Below are positions 10,028 to 20,254 of a stretch of DNA of 64,000 bases, one piece after another. The notes under the pieces are model-generated. The model saw only the letters and a program-made list of their open reading frames with translations, was not told the DNA's origin and did no database searches. Every line of letters starts with the position of its first letter. The first letter of the stretch is position 1. This DNA comes from Candidatus Poribacteria bacterium (GTDB taxonomy: Bacteria; Poribacteria; WGA-4E; WGA-3G), in NCBI GenBank assembly GCA_963663765.2, contig CAXXUA010000013.1, positions 96,001 through 160,000 on the forward strand, given 5' to 3'. The position numbers and the translations under genes were made by a program.

Positions 10028-10939
10028 CTATTTTGGTCTACTTGTCATAGCTTCATTGACTGCACCGTCTCCATGTTTTCTGTAATAGTCTCCGTTAACC
10101 GCTATTAGTGTTTCTTTCGTATAATCTTCATCTTGTTCAGGAAAATATATCTTTTCATCTCTAGTGTGTATTATAGCTCCCATACTTCTTCCATACGAAA
10201 CTATTCTTGGAACATCACTGATTGTTAGTTTTTTTAAAATTCCATAACGTTTAGTTTTAGAAAAATACCTTCTAAGACTTCTGCTGCAGTTGTGTGCAAT
10301 ATGATGTTTTTTAGGACAGTAGAAAATTTCTCTACTCAACATTCCAATAATTTCTTTGGTAGTAGCTTCTTCATATTCTTCATCTAACGGAAGAAATTGA
10401 CTTGCTACATGATAACTCTTTATCAATAATTTTCTATCTTTTCTAAAATATACAGCAGCCAAATCTCTATCTATTATGTATCCAGTGCTATCTATATATC
10501 CGTATTGACCTTCTCTATTTTTACTTATAAGATCCTCTTGCCCAATTATTTTAGAAGGCTTAAAACTTTGAAATAAAAGAATCTCCTTGTCCTCATTATC
10601 CTGATCCTGCATATAGGCAATAAGGCATTTTATGTGCTTTTCATGAATTTCAGGGTCCTCTTCCATTTCCATTATTGTATCCTCTTCTATACTCCATTTC
10701 TCTATCCAGTTTGGAAGATCATAATCATGTATGGCAATTCGATAATGACCTTCTGCTTTCAATGTAGTTTCTAAATCCAACTCCTCTATATCATCTGTAA
10801 ATCTCCTATACTGCCTATCCCATTTTTCAATCATAGAATTAAACGTAGGATCCTCTAATTCCATTATACTCACCACACCACTTGTAGTTTTCAAATTATC
10901 TGTTTTAGTCAAAACTGATAGATAAAATTTATCAATCAT
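10028..10939 (-). CDS. kwaB: Kiwa anti-phage protein KwaB-like (DUF4868-like)
   Basis: ILLFQSFKPSKII…DRDLAAVY…EATTKEI pattern. Overlaps the upstream membrane gene by 4 nt. AT-rich. Confidence 0.65.
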   Translation of the reverse strand: MIDKFYLSVLTKTDNLKTTSGVVSIMELEDPTFNSMIEKWDRQYRRFTDDIEELDLETTLKAEGHYRIAIHDYDLPNWIEKWSIEEDTIMEMEEDPEIHEKHIKCLIAYMQDQDNEDKEILLFQSFKPSKIIGQEDLISKNREGQYGYIDSTGYIIDRDLAAVYFRKDRKLLIKSYHVASQFLPLDEEYEEATTKEIIGMLSREIFYCPKKHHIAHNCSRSLRRYFSKTKRYGILKKLTISDVPRIVSYGRSMGAIIHTRDEKIYFPEQDEDYTKETLIAVNGDYYRKHGDGAVNEAMTSRPK

Positions 10940-11502
10940 AAGCCCTCTTCTATAAAAACATCATGACACACGCGTCTTGTATTAATTGGATCACAAGATC
11001 TTAACGTTCTTTTTGTAATCAGCAATAAATTAAGGTTGTTCTTATTCTTCAATGTATAAATCTTATATCCACACAATCTCATTATAGGGTTAATATTGTA
11101 AGATCCTATATCTGTCATTATAAATACAGTGAATATAAATACAATACCGTATATTATATAGTCTGTCCACAACAATTCTGACTGCAGTCTTATTATAGGA
11201 AGTATATACAAGAACATAAAGTTAAGTAACCCTTGATCTCTTCTTCCAAACTCTTTTATATTCAACTCAAACTTTGTACCTTCCTTAGACAAACCCTTTG
11301 TAAGTCTGTAACATATTATAGACAATGTAATAGGTATAGCCAGGCAAATAATTATAAACAATATTATCTTATATAGTGGTATACAACATATCCAATCAAA
11401 TATTGGAAATTTAATAAATCTTAATTGAGTTATTCCAAATACTACCATTACTGGAGAAAGTGATGTTGCCATCAATAAGAATTTAAAATGTTTTTTCAAC
11501 AT
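10936..11502 (-). CDS. kwaA: Kiwa anti-phage membrane protein KwaA-like
   Basis: About four TM segments; TSLSP, YILP and INPIMRLCGYKIY motifs; coupled to the KwaB-like gene. Confidence 0.7.
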   Translation of the reverse strand: MLKKHFKFLLMATSLSPVMVVFGITQLRFIKFPIFDWICCIPLYKIILFIIICLAIPITLSIICYRLTKGLSKEGTKFELNIKEFGRRDQGLLNFMFLYILPIIRLQSELLWTDYIIYGIVFIFTVFIMTDIGSYNINPIMRLCGYKIYTLKNKNNLNLLLITKRTLRSCDPINTRRVCHDVFIEEGL

Positions 11503-11514
11503 TATAGCATCTCG

Positions 11515-11850
11515 TCAAAATTTTGTTGTCAATGTTATCACAAAATAACAAAACGTGCAAATTTTACATTGAATCAAATTCTTTATTTCTCCATATCTCA
11601 AAATTTTCGGCACGGAAACATAATTGCATTTCTCACAAAGCGTATGAGCACCAGCATCCCGCTGAGATATGTGTCGTTTTCCTTCAAAATAGTGGTCAGG
11701 ATCCTTGTTGATAAGTTCAAATATTTGTTTACCTGCTGCAGTACAGTCGTTAAACGCAGCGCGGGGTGGAACATGTTCAAAAGATAATAAAGATAATTTC
11801 GTATATATTCCACAGATACGGCAGTTACCGAATACTTTTTTGCGAGCCAT
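11515..11850 (-). pseudogene. Truncated paralogue of the HNH-like gene at 4143-5024
   Basis: Near-identical N-terminus up to LCEKCN, then unrelated sequence. Confidence 0.8.
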
Positions 11851-11874
11851 TCAAAATATTCTAACCTCCCATCT

Positions 11875-11926
11875 TCAATATTACAACAGCGCAATTCCCT
11901 CACGATAAGTCTGAAAGCACCTAACA
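11875..11926 (-). repeat. Second diverged remnant of the mdh 3' end
   Basis: cag act tat cgt gag gga att gcg ctg ttg = QTYREGIALL, synonymous variants of the mdh C-terminus. Confidence 0.7.
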
Positions 11927-11933
11927 CACCGCA

Positions 11934-12170
11934 TCAATCAGCAACTTCAGAATCCACAGATTCTGGGAGTATTGGTTTTTTACTTGGTAAGACTGCGAAT
12001 TTATATTTGCCAGACCGTCGCATCTTTTCCTGGACCTCTTGATAGTGCGCGACCATCCGACTCACATCATGGTTAAACCTTGCCGAAATCTTGTGACGAA
12101 TTTCGCGAACTTCGTTGACTATCTCACATTCGGTATTTTCTATGATTTCTCTGTCTCTCATTTTAAGCAT
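11934..12170 (-). CDS. Small protein coupled to PIN gene (putative antitoxin)
   Basis: Overlaps the PIN stop; IVNEVREIRHKISARFNHD motif; partial duplicate at 6667-6850. Confidence 0.6.
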   Translation of the reverse strand: MLKMRDREIIENTECEIVNEVREIRHKISARFNHDVSRMVAHYQEVQEKMRRSGKYKFAVLPSKKPILPESVDSEVAD

Positions 12171-12651
12171 TATCTCCGAAGTAATTCAATGGGGTTATTA
12201 ATTTAGGTGTTGCTAAACCTATATCTTGATTAATTCGCTGGATAAGAGAAATTTTGTTGGCATTGGCAATATGTGATTGATTCCATGTGAGGAGTTCGTC
12301 CATATTGTGAAAAGAAGCAATTGCCAAGTGCAGCGCGTCTCCAGAAGGATCTTGAGGCATTATCAATCTATCAATATAAATTTGCGTGATTTGAAGTATC
12401 TCAGCAGTAATCGGCAATATCTCAAGATTTGCAATTAATGAAATCCGGTCACGCGTTTTTTCGCTTATCCCGTCACTAAGTTCCTCAATTACGGTAGGAC
12501 TTGTAGTGAGGGTAAATAAATTCGCATATTTGTTCCACCATTGCCGAGTTACCCTCCGCCTCGCGAGAGATCCCTCGTCGGTCCGCAATGTATAGTAGGT
12601 ACTGGGAATTGACGTATCAATGTAGATGCGTTTTTGTGTTTCCCTATGCAA
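12163..12651 (-). CDS. PIN-domain (VapC-like) ribonuclease
   Basis: IYIDTSIPS…EEL…DALHLAIA…LLTWN…H. Confidence 0.85.
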   Translation of the reverse strand: MHRETQKRIYIDTSIPSTYYTLRTDEGSLARRRVTRQWWNKYANLFTLTTSPTVIEELSDGISEKTRDRISLIANLEILPITAEILQITQIYIDRLIMPQDPSGDALHLAIASFHNMDELLTWNQSHIANANKISLIQRINQDIGLATPKLITPLNYFGDNA

Positions 12652-12704
12652 TAATTATACTCTCCGTCAAGGTTGAATGCAACACAATATGATGTAAGAC
12701 TGTT

Positions 12705-13631
12705 TTAATACCCCAGCAGTGCAATCCCTTCACGATATGTTTGTGCAGATGTTTGCAAAGCACCCAACTCATCATCTGTCAGTTCAATCTCAATAATCTC
12801 CTCGATGCCGTTTGCACCGAGTTTTATGGGAACACCTATATAGAGATCGTTGATACCGTATTGTCCTGTAAGATGTGCTGAACACGGCAGTAGCCGTTTC
12901 TTATCCAAAACGATCGCTTCTGCCATCTGTGCTAACGAAGCACCAGCGGCGTAATATCCGCTTGTCTTGAGAAGATTGACGACCTCAGCACCGCCATCAC
13001 GAGTGCGCTGTGCCATCGCTTCAATACGTTCTGTTGAAATCAGTTGTGGAATTGGAATACCGTTGACGGTCGTATAGCGCGGTAGGGGAACCATTGTATC
13101 ACCGTGTCCACCCAGAACGAGTGCATGGATGTCTTCAACCGATACACCGAGTTCAAGTGAGATAAAATAGCGGAACCGTGCTGAATCCAACACACCAGCC
13201 TGTCCAACGACTCGGTGTGATGGGAATCCTGATACCTTCCATGCGTGATAGGTCATGATGTCAAGCGGGTTGGTGAGCATCATGATTATAGTATCTGGTG
13301 AATGCTTCACGACATTTTCTGTGACGCTTCTGACGATGTTGGCGTTTGTTTGCAATAGGTCTTCGCGTGTCATACCCGGTTTACGTGGGGACCCTGATGT
13401 GATGATAACTAAATCGGAATTTGCGGTTGCGGAATAATCAAGGTCGCCGCTTATTGAAGCGTCAAACAGTTCTACCGGTCCCATCTCCGCCATATCTAAT
13501 GCTTTACCTTGTGGGACTCCATCAACAATGTCAATCATGACGACATCGCCAAGTTGTTTTTGTGCTATTAGAAATGCTGCTGTTGCGCCGACGTTACCTG
13601 CACCGATAACACTAATTTTTTTTCTTGCCAC
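12705..13631 (-). CDS. mdh: Malate dehydrogenase (LDH-like type)
   Basis: GAGNVG, GKALD, PRKPGMTREDL, NPLD, LDSAR and GGHGD motifs. Confidence 0.96.
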   Translation of the reverse strand: MARKKISVIGAGNVGATAAFLIAQKQLGDVVMIDIVDGVPQGKALDMAEMGPVELFDASISGDLDYSATANSDLVIITSGSPRKPGMTREDLLQTNANIVRSVTENVVKHSPDTIIMMLTNPLDIMTYHAWKVSGFPSHRVVGQAGVLDSARFRYFISLELGVSVEDIHALVLGGHGDTMVPLPRYTTVNGIPIPQLISTERIEAMAQRTRDGGAEVVNLLKTSGYYAAGASLAQMAEAIVLDKKRLLPCSAHLTGQYGINDLYIGVPIKLGANGIEEIIEIELTDDELGALQTSAQTYREGIALLGY

Positions 13632-13659
13632 TTCTTCCTCCGTTTTGGACTATAAAATG

Positions 13660-13851
13660 CAGGACTTACGCAATTTTCATGATTTAATCAAGAATTGTGT
13701 TGAAAAGGATGTAATTTTCAGCATTATTGATGTTCCAGCGCCAAATCAACGGTATGAATGCCTTTTTGCATTCCCCGCCTACAAAGCACCAAATCAACGG
13801 TATGAATGCCATTTAGGCATTCACCGCCTACCGTTTGGAGCGTAAATCCTG
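13660..13851. mobile_element. MITE containing REP-like hairpins
   Basis: TIR CAGGACTTACGC…GCGTAAATCCTG with 5-bp TSD AAATG on both sides. Two GTATGAATGCC-n-GGCATTC-n-CGCCTAC units inside. Confidence 0.8.
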
Positions 13852-13875
13852 AAATGATTTGTGATTAGACTACTA

Positions 13876-14010
13876 TTATTCCCCTTGTTTTCGTATTGTA
13901 ATCAACTCATCTAAGATGCGTTTATGAAGCCGATATAACTCAAAACCGATTGCGAAACCGACCGCCGCTACTACTCCGATTCCGAAATAGATTTTTGCTT
14001 TTAAAGACAA
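13876..14010 (-). CDS. 44-aa single-TM small protein (MSLKAKIYFGIGVVAAVGFAIGFELYRLHKRILDELITIRKQGE)
   Basis: Hand translation. TTG start with AAGGAG RBS, hydrophobic helix, co-oriented between icd and mdh. Confidence 0.6.
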   Translation of the reverse strand: MSLKAKIYFGIGVVAAVGFAIGFELYRLHKRILDELITIRKQGE

Positions 14011-14029
14011 ATGTTGCTCCTTTTAATGA

Positions 14030-14292
14030 TAAGACTTACGTAGTTTTCTTGATTTAATCAGGAATTATGATGAAAATGATGCAATTTTCAGCATTTTTAT
14101 GGTTTCCAGCGCCAAATCAAGAAATCAACGGTATGAATGCCATTTAGGCATTCCCCGGGTATGAATGCCTTTTGGCATTCCCCGCCTACAAAGCACCAAA
14201 TCAAGAAATCAACGGTATGAATACCTTTTGGCATTCCCCGGGTATGAATGCCATTTAGGCATTCACCGCCTACCGTTTTTGCGTAAATCCTA
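14030..14292. mobile_element. Second copy of the same MITE with four REP-like hairpins
   Basis: TAAGACTTACG…GCGTAAATCCTA; body homologous to 13660-13851. Confidence 0.75.
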
Positions 14293-14305
14293 TTATGATA
14301 TATAT

Positions 14306-15574
14306 TTATGAAAAGTTCTCAATGATTGCTTCGCCGTATTCAGAAGTGCGAACTTTTGTTGCCCCTTCCATTAGTCGTTCCAGATCGTAGGTCACCTTTT
14401 TCTGTAGAATAGTCTTCTCAAGTCCAGTGATAATGAGGTCGGCTGCGTCTTGCCAACCGATGTGTTCTAACATCATCACAGCAGAGAGGATAAGCGAACT
14501 GGGATTAACAACATCCTGATCTGCATATTTCGGTGCTGTACCGTGTGTTGCTTCAAAGAGTGCGACTTCATCGTTGAGATTGCCCCCCGGTGCCATACCG
14601 ATACCACCGACTTGAGCTGCGGCAGCATCGGAGAGATAATCACCGTTCAGATTTGGTGTAACGATAACATCGTATTCATCAGTACGTGTTAGGATCTGCT
14701 GTAACATGCTATCTGCAATTCGGTCGTTTACGATAATTTTGCCTTCTGGGTCGCTACCATCATATTTGTCATAAAGTTCGGTTTCGGTAATGGTGGTATC
14801 AGCAAATTCCTCTTTTGCGAGTTCATAACCCCATGCGCAGAAAGCACCTTCAGTGAACTTCATGATATTTCCTTTGTGAACAAAGGTGACGCTGCGTCTG
14901 TTGTGGTCAATAGCATATTGGATCGCCATTCGTGTCAGTCTTTTTGTGCCGAAAATACTTATTGGTTTTATACCGACACCTGAGTCTTCACGGATTTCCA
15001 CTCCCATTTCTGTGCGAAGTAGGTCAATCACCTTTTTTACTTCTGGTGTTCCCTGTTCCCATTCTATACCAGCGTAAACATCTTCAGTATTCTCACGGAA
15101 GATGACGACATCCATTTTTTCCGGATGCGTGACAGGTGCAGGTACACCTTGGAAGTAACGAACAGGACGCACACACGCATAGAGTTCAAGCACTTGGCGT
15201 AATGTTACATTTAGACTGCGGAAACCGCCGCCGACTGGTGTTGTCAAGGGACCTTTTAGTGCAACGCGGAAATGTTCAATTGCTTTGAAGGTATCTTGCG
15301 GTAGCCATTCATTGTATTTTTCCATGGCGTTTTCGCCTGCGTATATATCAAACCAGACGATCTGCTTTTCACCATCATAGGCACTTTGGACAGCGGCATC
15401 AACGACACGACGCGTTGTTTTCATGATGTCTCGTCCGATACCGTCACCTTCAATGACAGGAATAATCGGGTTATCTGGAACAGCTTTCTGTCCATTGGCA
15501 GTCTGTATTATTTCACCATCTGTTGGGATTGTTAATTGATCAAATTCAATCACTGGGATTCCTCTTTGATTCAC
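14306..15574 (-). CDS. icd: NADP-dependent isocitrate dehydrogenase
   Basis: [40 protein letters not shown] and [10 protein letters not shown]. Confidence 0.96.
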   Translation of the reverse strand: MNQRGIPVIEFDQLTIPTDGEIIQTANGQKAVPDNPIIPVIEGDGIGRDIMKTTRRVVDAAVQSAYDGEKQIVWFDIYAGENAMEKYNEWLPQDTFKAIEHFRVALKGPLTTPVGGGFRSLNVTLRQVLELYACVRPVRYFQGVPAPVTHPEKMDVVIFRENTEDVYAGIEWEQGTPEVKKVIDLLRTEMGVEIREDSGVGIKPISIFGTKRLTRMAIQYAIDHNRRSVTFVHKGNIMKFTEGAFCAWGYELAKEEFADTTITETELYDKYDGSDPEGKIIVNDRIADSMLQQILTRTDEYDVIVTPNLNGDYLSDAAAAQVGGIGMAPGGNLNDEVALFEATHGTAPKYADQDVVNPSSLILSAVMMLEHIGWQDAADLIITGLEKTILQKKVTYDLERLMEGATKVRTSEYGEAIIENFS

Positions 15575-15639
15575 GCAAGTATCTATAGGATATACTCACG
15601 GATTTAGATTTGTGCTTTTAGGGATTAGGGTAGGTGTCT

Positions 15640-17201
15640 CTATTGGTCAAATATTTCATCCCCTGCCATTCGGTTGTGCAATGCGACGACTTCATTAGCG
15701 ATTGTCATATCATCGGTAGGCTTCGGAATAATTTCGGGGTCTGGTGGAATTACGGGTCGTATAATTTTGAGTTGGAGCTGTTCACGTGCATCCATCATCC
15801 AACCGAATCCACGGAAAATATAAGTTAGAAAAGTCCTGTCATTTTCATAAATATCCAAACCTTCTTGGACAGACCATCCGCCAAAATCGGTGTTTGGAGT
15901 TAGCCGTAGCGGTGGTTCATTTTCTCGACCCGGACGCACAATCCCTTCAATAAAGGCAATTTGATAGATACGTTGCATAATTGATAAGCGTTTTTTCTGT
16001 CTATCGTTAAGTTGAATTTCACCTTTATTCACGGCATCTAAGAAAGGATTAAAATAGATTGCGGGTCTTGGGTCTTGTTGTATTTCATCTGTTCTACCCG
16101 CGGCTGCAATTTCTGGGTGTCCGAAGGTTGGAAGAGCCGTGAGCATGCGTTCACGGATTGCAGCTTCTCTCTCATCGGAATTGAGCGGTTCAATCTGATT
16201 GATAAAGTCAGTCATGTCGTGGATAGCACCGAAATGTCGGTCACCGTCTAAAGCCATTTGTGCGGCAACGAATAAGTCTGAGACTGCACCTGCGTGTAGA
16301 GTTGCGAGGGTAACGTGCAACGACGTTTGACCCAGCGGAACCGTGGTGCGTTTGTATGATACCCATACGTTCTAATATGAAGGCTTCAACGGAAGTTGCT
16401 TCTCTGCCTAAAAGGAGACTATAGCACGTTTGAAAAGCGGTTTTTTCCATTTTTCTGGTGTTCAATAATAAGGTCATTTGCGCGCATTGCGAGTACTTGT
16501 GGGTGCAATGCGTTGCTTTCTCTCAGTTGGTGTCGCATAAAAACAGATATTGTTCCCAATGCGACGTTTTCCATGTGGGTATTAATGAGTTCTAATAATA
16601 GATCCCCTTGTTCCCTTGTTGTATTTATACCTTTTTGATCTGGGATGCTAAGTTTGCGGAGTGTGGAAAAATGCTGTATAACTGCTTCGGGGCCGGTTTC
16701 TGGGAAGGCTTTTACAAAATCTGCGACTTGATTGATGAGACGTTGGTTGCCTGTGAGACCGTCTCTGCGTATCTCAATGAATTCATAGAACGTTCTGTCT
16801 ATTATCTCTGAAAAAAGGTTTTCTTCGTCTAAATCATCTTGGTTAGTGTTAGGTATTCTTCCGAATAGACCTACGAAAATAACGTGCGCTGGGCTAAGTT
16901 GTTTTGCAATAATTTCGCTTTCAGAAACGATACCGCGTATACCAAAACTTCGGACATTGAGGGTAATCTGTGTATCGCCACACTCCACGGCGGTCTGGTG
17001 TAAAACGGGGTTTGCAAAAACATTTGTGGATTGTGGCATTGAGCTGAAACTCTTGAGTGCTGCAGCAATTTCTCCCTCGCCTAACGTAGTTGCCCGTGCC
17101 ATTGACTTATTTACAGGTGCATACGTTGAGGCTTGGGGAACTTCAGACACGATTTTTTTGACCGCCTCTTCTCGCTTTGCCTCCGTACTGTTATTCAACA
17201 T
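15640..17201 (-). pseudogene. Divergent citrate-synthase-fold enzyme, split by two +1 frameshifts (real or assembly error)
   Basis: Three overlapping ORFs join to ~520 aa with HHGS…S, RHFGA, FGHP, DPR and PNTDF motifs. Shifts lie at an A-run (~16443) and at CCC (~16309). Confidence 0.7.
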
Positions 17202-17430
17202 GAAATCTCCTTAGTCATGAATCTGATACGTCCACGTATATCTCGCTCGTTGTTGCAATCCGATTCAAAAATATTGTGTGTAGAAGGTGAAGACGTTCAG
17301 ATTCCATCATAATATGAAAAGTTTGCTGACTGATCTATTAATCCTTTAAGATATTTTATATGATTTCTGAATAAAAGTCAAGATAAAAGTTGTAAGGTTG
17401 TAAGTTGTAAGGTTGTAAGGAGAGTGCAAA

Positions 17431-17468
17431 AACAATGCCGAGTGCGTGAGTTGCACACGGCATTGCCT
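17431..17468 (-). terminator. Intrinsic terminator
   Basis: Minus strand GGCAATGCCGTGTGC…GCACTCGGCATTGTTTTT downstream of the gene ending at 17524. Confidence 0.6.
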
Positions 17469-17523
17469 TGTTAGAGGTATCTATCTTCTATATAATGTAA
17501 ATTGAATTAGTTACTAAATGAAC

Positions 17524-18342
17524 TTACTTTATGTCTTTGATGTGACCCCAAGTTGTAGTTGCTTTTCCAGCAGGTTCAACGGGTGTTGCGACATCAGCTT
17601 GTAGTGAGATAAAGTTAATCATCTCAATGAGTACTTGACCACGAGGCAGGTCTCCGCCATTTGGTTCCTGCATGCAAATTCCAACTCGGCCACTGCTGTC
17701 GTTTAACTTAATGATACCGGGATCAAAGTAATCAGCACCGTTGTCTCCAAAAGCTGCTTCGACGCTCCATGGGTCAACAATTTGTGGTGTTTTGAACGGA
17801 CGTTCGGACGTGTAATTCACCAATGAAGGTGTATGTTCTGCTCCCAAATCAGTCGGTGTGATCTGAGTTCCACCACCCCACAAATCAGCATTAAGGTTGA
17901 TGATATTTTGCAATCCACCTACAGCATTTGCGCCGCCACCTTCAGTTACATAGAAGATGTAATCAGAGCAGTTAAGGACAACATTACCACCGTATATGAA
18001 CCGTTCCATTATTGAATCGTCAACTTGTACATTTCCGGGAGTGTATAACGTTGTTGGTGTCCAACCAAAGAGAATAATGATGTCCGTGTGTTCATCATCA
18101 ATGCGTTCTTCAGCCCAAGGCCCGATTTCAGCATCAGTTTTGTATACGACTTCATCCACAGCAGTAACAGTATTTTTCAGGTTATCAAACACGATTGCGC
18201 GTTGTATGTCAGCATTTTCCTGTGTAATCCACCCAACACCTTCACTAAAGATTGCAACATCACCGAGGCCAGCCCAAGTTGTTGTTGCCATAGCGAAAAC
18301 AGCGAGGATTGTAAATAGTAATATCATAGGTCTAATGTTCAT
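17524..18342 (-). CDS. Secreted hypothetical protein with C-terminal VEPAGKATTTWGHIK motif
   Basis: Signal peptide; paralogue of 18429-19247. Confidence 0.8.
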   Translation of the reverse strand: MNIRPMILLFTILAVFAMATTTWAGLGDVAIFSEGVGWITQENADIQRAIVFDNLKNTVTAVDEVVYKTDAEIGPWAEERIDDEHTDIIILFGWTPTTLYTPGNVQVDDSIMERFIYGGNVVLNCSDYIFYVTEGGGANAVGGLQNIINLNADLWGGGTQITPTDLGAEHTPSLVNYTSERPFKTPQIVDPWSVEAAFGDNGADYFDPGIIKLNDSSGRVGICMQEPNGGDLPRGQVLIEMINFISLQADVATPVEPAGKATTTWGHIKDIK

Positions 18343-18389
18343 TAGATTCTCCTTTTAATTTGTTTGATAAAAAACTTGGATTTTTGTAT

Positions 18390-18419
18390 GTAAGGACGTA
18401 ACGCAATGTACGTCCTTAC
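18390..18419. terminator. Intergenic hairpin
   Basis: GTAAGGACGTA-n-TACGTCCTTAC. Confidence 0.5.
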
Positions 18420-18428
18420 AGATAATGG

Positions 18429-19247
18429 TTAATAATCTGATTTGATGTGTCCCCATGTAGTAGTTACTTTTTGTTTAGGATCGACATCTGCTGCCCCGAG
18501 GACATTAGCGAGATAGTTATCAATCATTTCAGCAAAAACTTCACCGCGCGGAAGTCCAGCATTATTGGGTTCTTGGAAAGCGATACCTATACGTCCACCA
18601 GAATCAGTGTCGTGGACAATTGCAGGATCAAATAATCCTGCCCCGTTATCACCGAATACCACCTCAACTTCCCATGGATCAACAACTTGGCTTTCTTTAA
18701 AGGCTCTTTCTGAGGTGAAAGCCACCATACTTGGTGTATATTGCTCAGCGTCGGTACTTGGTTTGATAGCTGTTCCACCGGTCCACAAGTCTATGCTGAT
18801 GTTCATCATATTTTGTAAACCACCGACAGCGTTTGTACCTGCACCATTTACCACGTAAAAGATATAATCAGCAGTATTGAAGAATATATTTCCTCCCTCA
18901 AGGAAATTTTCTGCAACTGAACCATCAGGTTGTGTGTTTCCTGCAGGATAAAGAGTCGCTGGAAAATCACCGAACAAGACAATAATATCAGAAAAACCGT
19001 TATCAGTATGTTCTTCTGCCCATGTTTTTAGTTCGTTTTCACCAAGCGTGACAACATCAGCAGGTTCTTTCAAGAGTTCTGCTAATTCTTCTCCTTCGGC
19101 TTTTGCAGTTGTTTGTGCAATCCATCCAGATCGTTCGGTATAGATTGCGACTTCTCCCAGGGGTCCTGCTTCACTGAAAACCGAATTAACGGATACTGCA
19201 AGAATACACCCTAAGGTGATAGTCGTAAGTGTTATCAATTGTTTCAT
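18429..19247 (-). CDS. Secreted hypothetical protein, tandem paralogue (VDPKQKVTTTWGHIK tail)
   Basis: Signal peptide; shares DYIFYV…NAVGGLQN…DLW…DPW…FGDNGA with its neighbour. Confidence 0.8.
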   Translation of the reverse strand: MKQLITLTTITLGCILAVSVNSVFSEAGPLGEVAIYTERSGWIAQTTAKAEGEELAELLKEPADVVTLGENELKTWAEEHTDNGFSDIIVLFGDFPATLYPAGNTQPDGSVAENFLEGGNIFFNTADYIFYVVNGAGTNAVGGLQNMMNISIDLWTGGTAIKPSTDAEQYTPSMVAFTSERAFKESQVVDPWEVEVVFGDNGAGLFDPAIVHDTDSGGRIGIAFQEPNNAGLPRGEVFAEMIDNYLANVLGAADVDPKQKVTTTWGHIKSDY

Positions 19248-19464
19248 TCAAATTCATCCTTTTATTAATTGCCTTATAATAGTAATGTTGTAGTATAGTT
19301 TCTACAATGTGACAAGGAACAATTACATTTCTTATTTAATTTTCCTTTATAAAATTATACGAAAACTAAAAAACAATGTCAAGTAAAATATATAAAATAT
19401 AGGGTTATTTAGTTTTAGGCATTTTAGCTGTTTCCTGAGAAAATCGCGACCAGTAAATCAAAAA

Positions 19465-20100
19465 ATCAACGGTATGAATGCCACTTGGCATTCCCCTGAT
19501 CGCTCCTACCGAAAAATCGGGGTTACAAACCCCTCCCACAAGATATGATAAGTGACAATTGACTGCAAAATATTGTGTATTTTTTGAGATTTCATAAGAA
19601 ATTTCTATTTTAATAAACCGTACCATATGGTACGGTTTATTCGGTTTCTGGTACGGTTTTGAAAAGGGGTTATTCGTCCAGTATTCATAAGGGTTGTTCG
19701 TTGTTTTTGTAGTGGTATTTTGGAATTTATTTTTGTTTTTTTGGTACGGTTTTTTTGATTGTGTTTTTTTGTTTTTTGTTGTTGGTTTATGTTTGATAAT
19801 ATTATATATGATGTGGTGGTGATATGGAAGGTTTATTGAGGTTTGTTTATTGGGATTTCCAATAGATATACAATAGACTTGGGGATTGGCTATTGGTGAT
19901 CTGATGGTTGATTGCTGCATTGACTGAATCGCAGATTTCGCGGATTACACGGAGATCGCGGATAAGACTCGTATAGTTGAACGTGTTGCTTAGAAAACGC
20001 CTATTCTCCGCGATAAATCCTCATGTAGGCATCTTATATCCGCGTTATCCGCGAAATCTGTGTAATCCGCGATTCTGTACGCTAAAAACTTTACACACCC
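19465..20100. repeat. Cluster of REP-like hairpins, GGTACGGTTT repeats, an ATCGCGGATTACAC-type inverted repeat pair and a solo ISKra4 end
   Basis: REP-like units at 19470-19540; GGTACGGTTT three times (19620-19755); inverted repeat 19925-20077; AAAAACTTTACACACCC at 20084-20100. Confidence 0.6.
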
Positions 20101-20254
20101 GTTTTGTCGCAGAGGCATTCAATTGTCAAGATTTACTCAATAGTTTTGGGATTTTCTCGACCAGGAGGTTGCTCCTACCGAGGGGTTTCTTTTTTGAAAA
20201 ATCCAAAAATTAGGAAAACTGAATAAGCCTGAAAGAGTATTGATATGTGTTGAC

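Noticed and set aside
13740-14280. Repeated GTATGAATGCC…GGCATTC units as a CRISPR array
   Set aside because: No unique spacers and irregular spacing; the units lie inside inverted-repeat-bounded MITEs, and there are no cas genes.
17388-17420. GTTGTAAG short tandem repeat
   Set aside because: Four imperfect units in an intergenic region; no evidence of function.
19405-19920. 171-aa minus-strand ORF
   Set aside because: Low-complexity K/N/T product of the base skew; overlaps REP elements.
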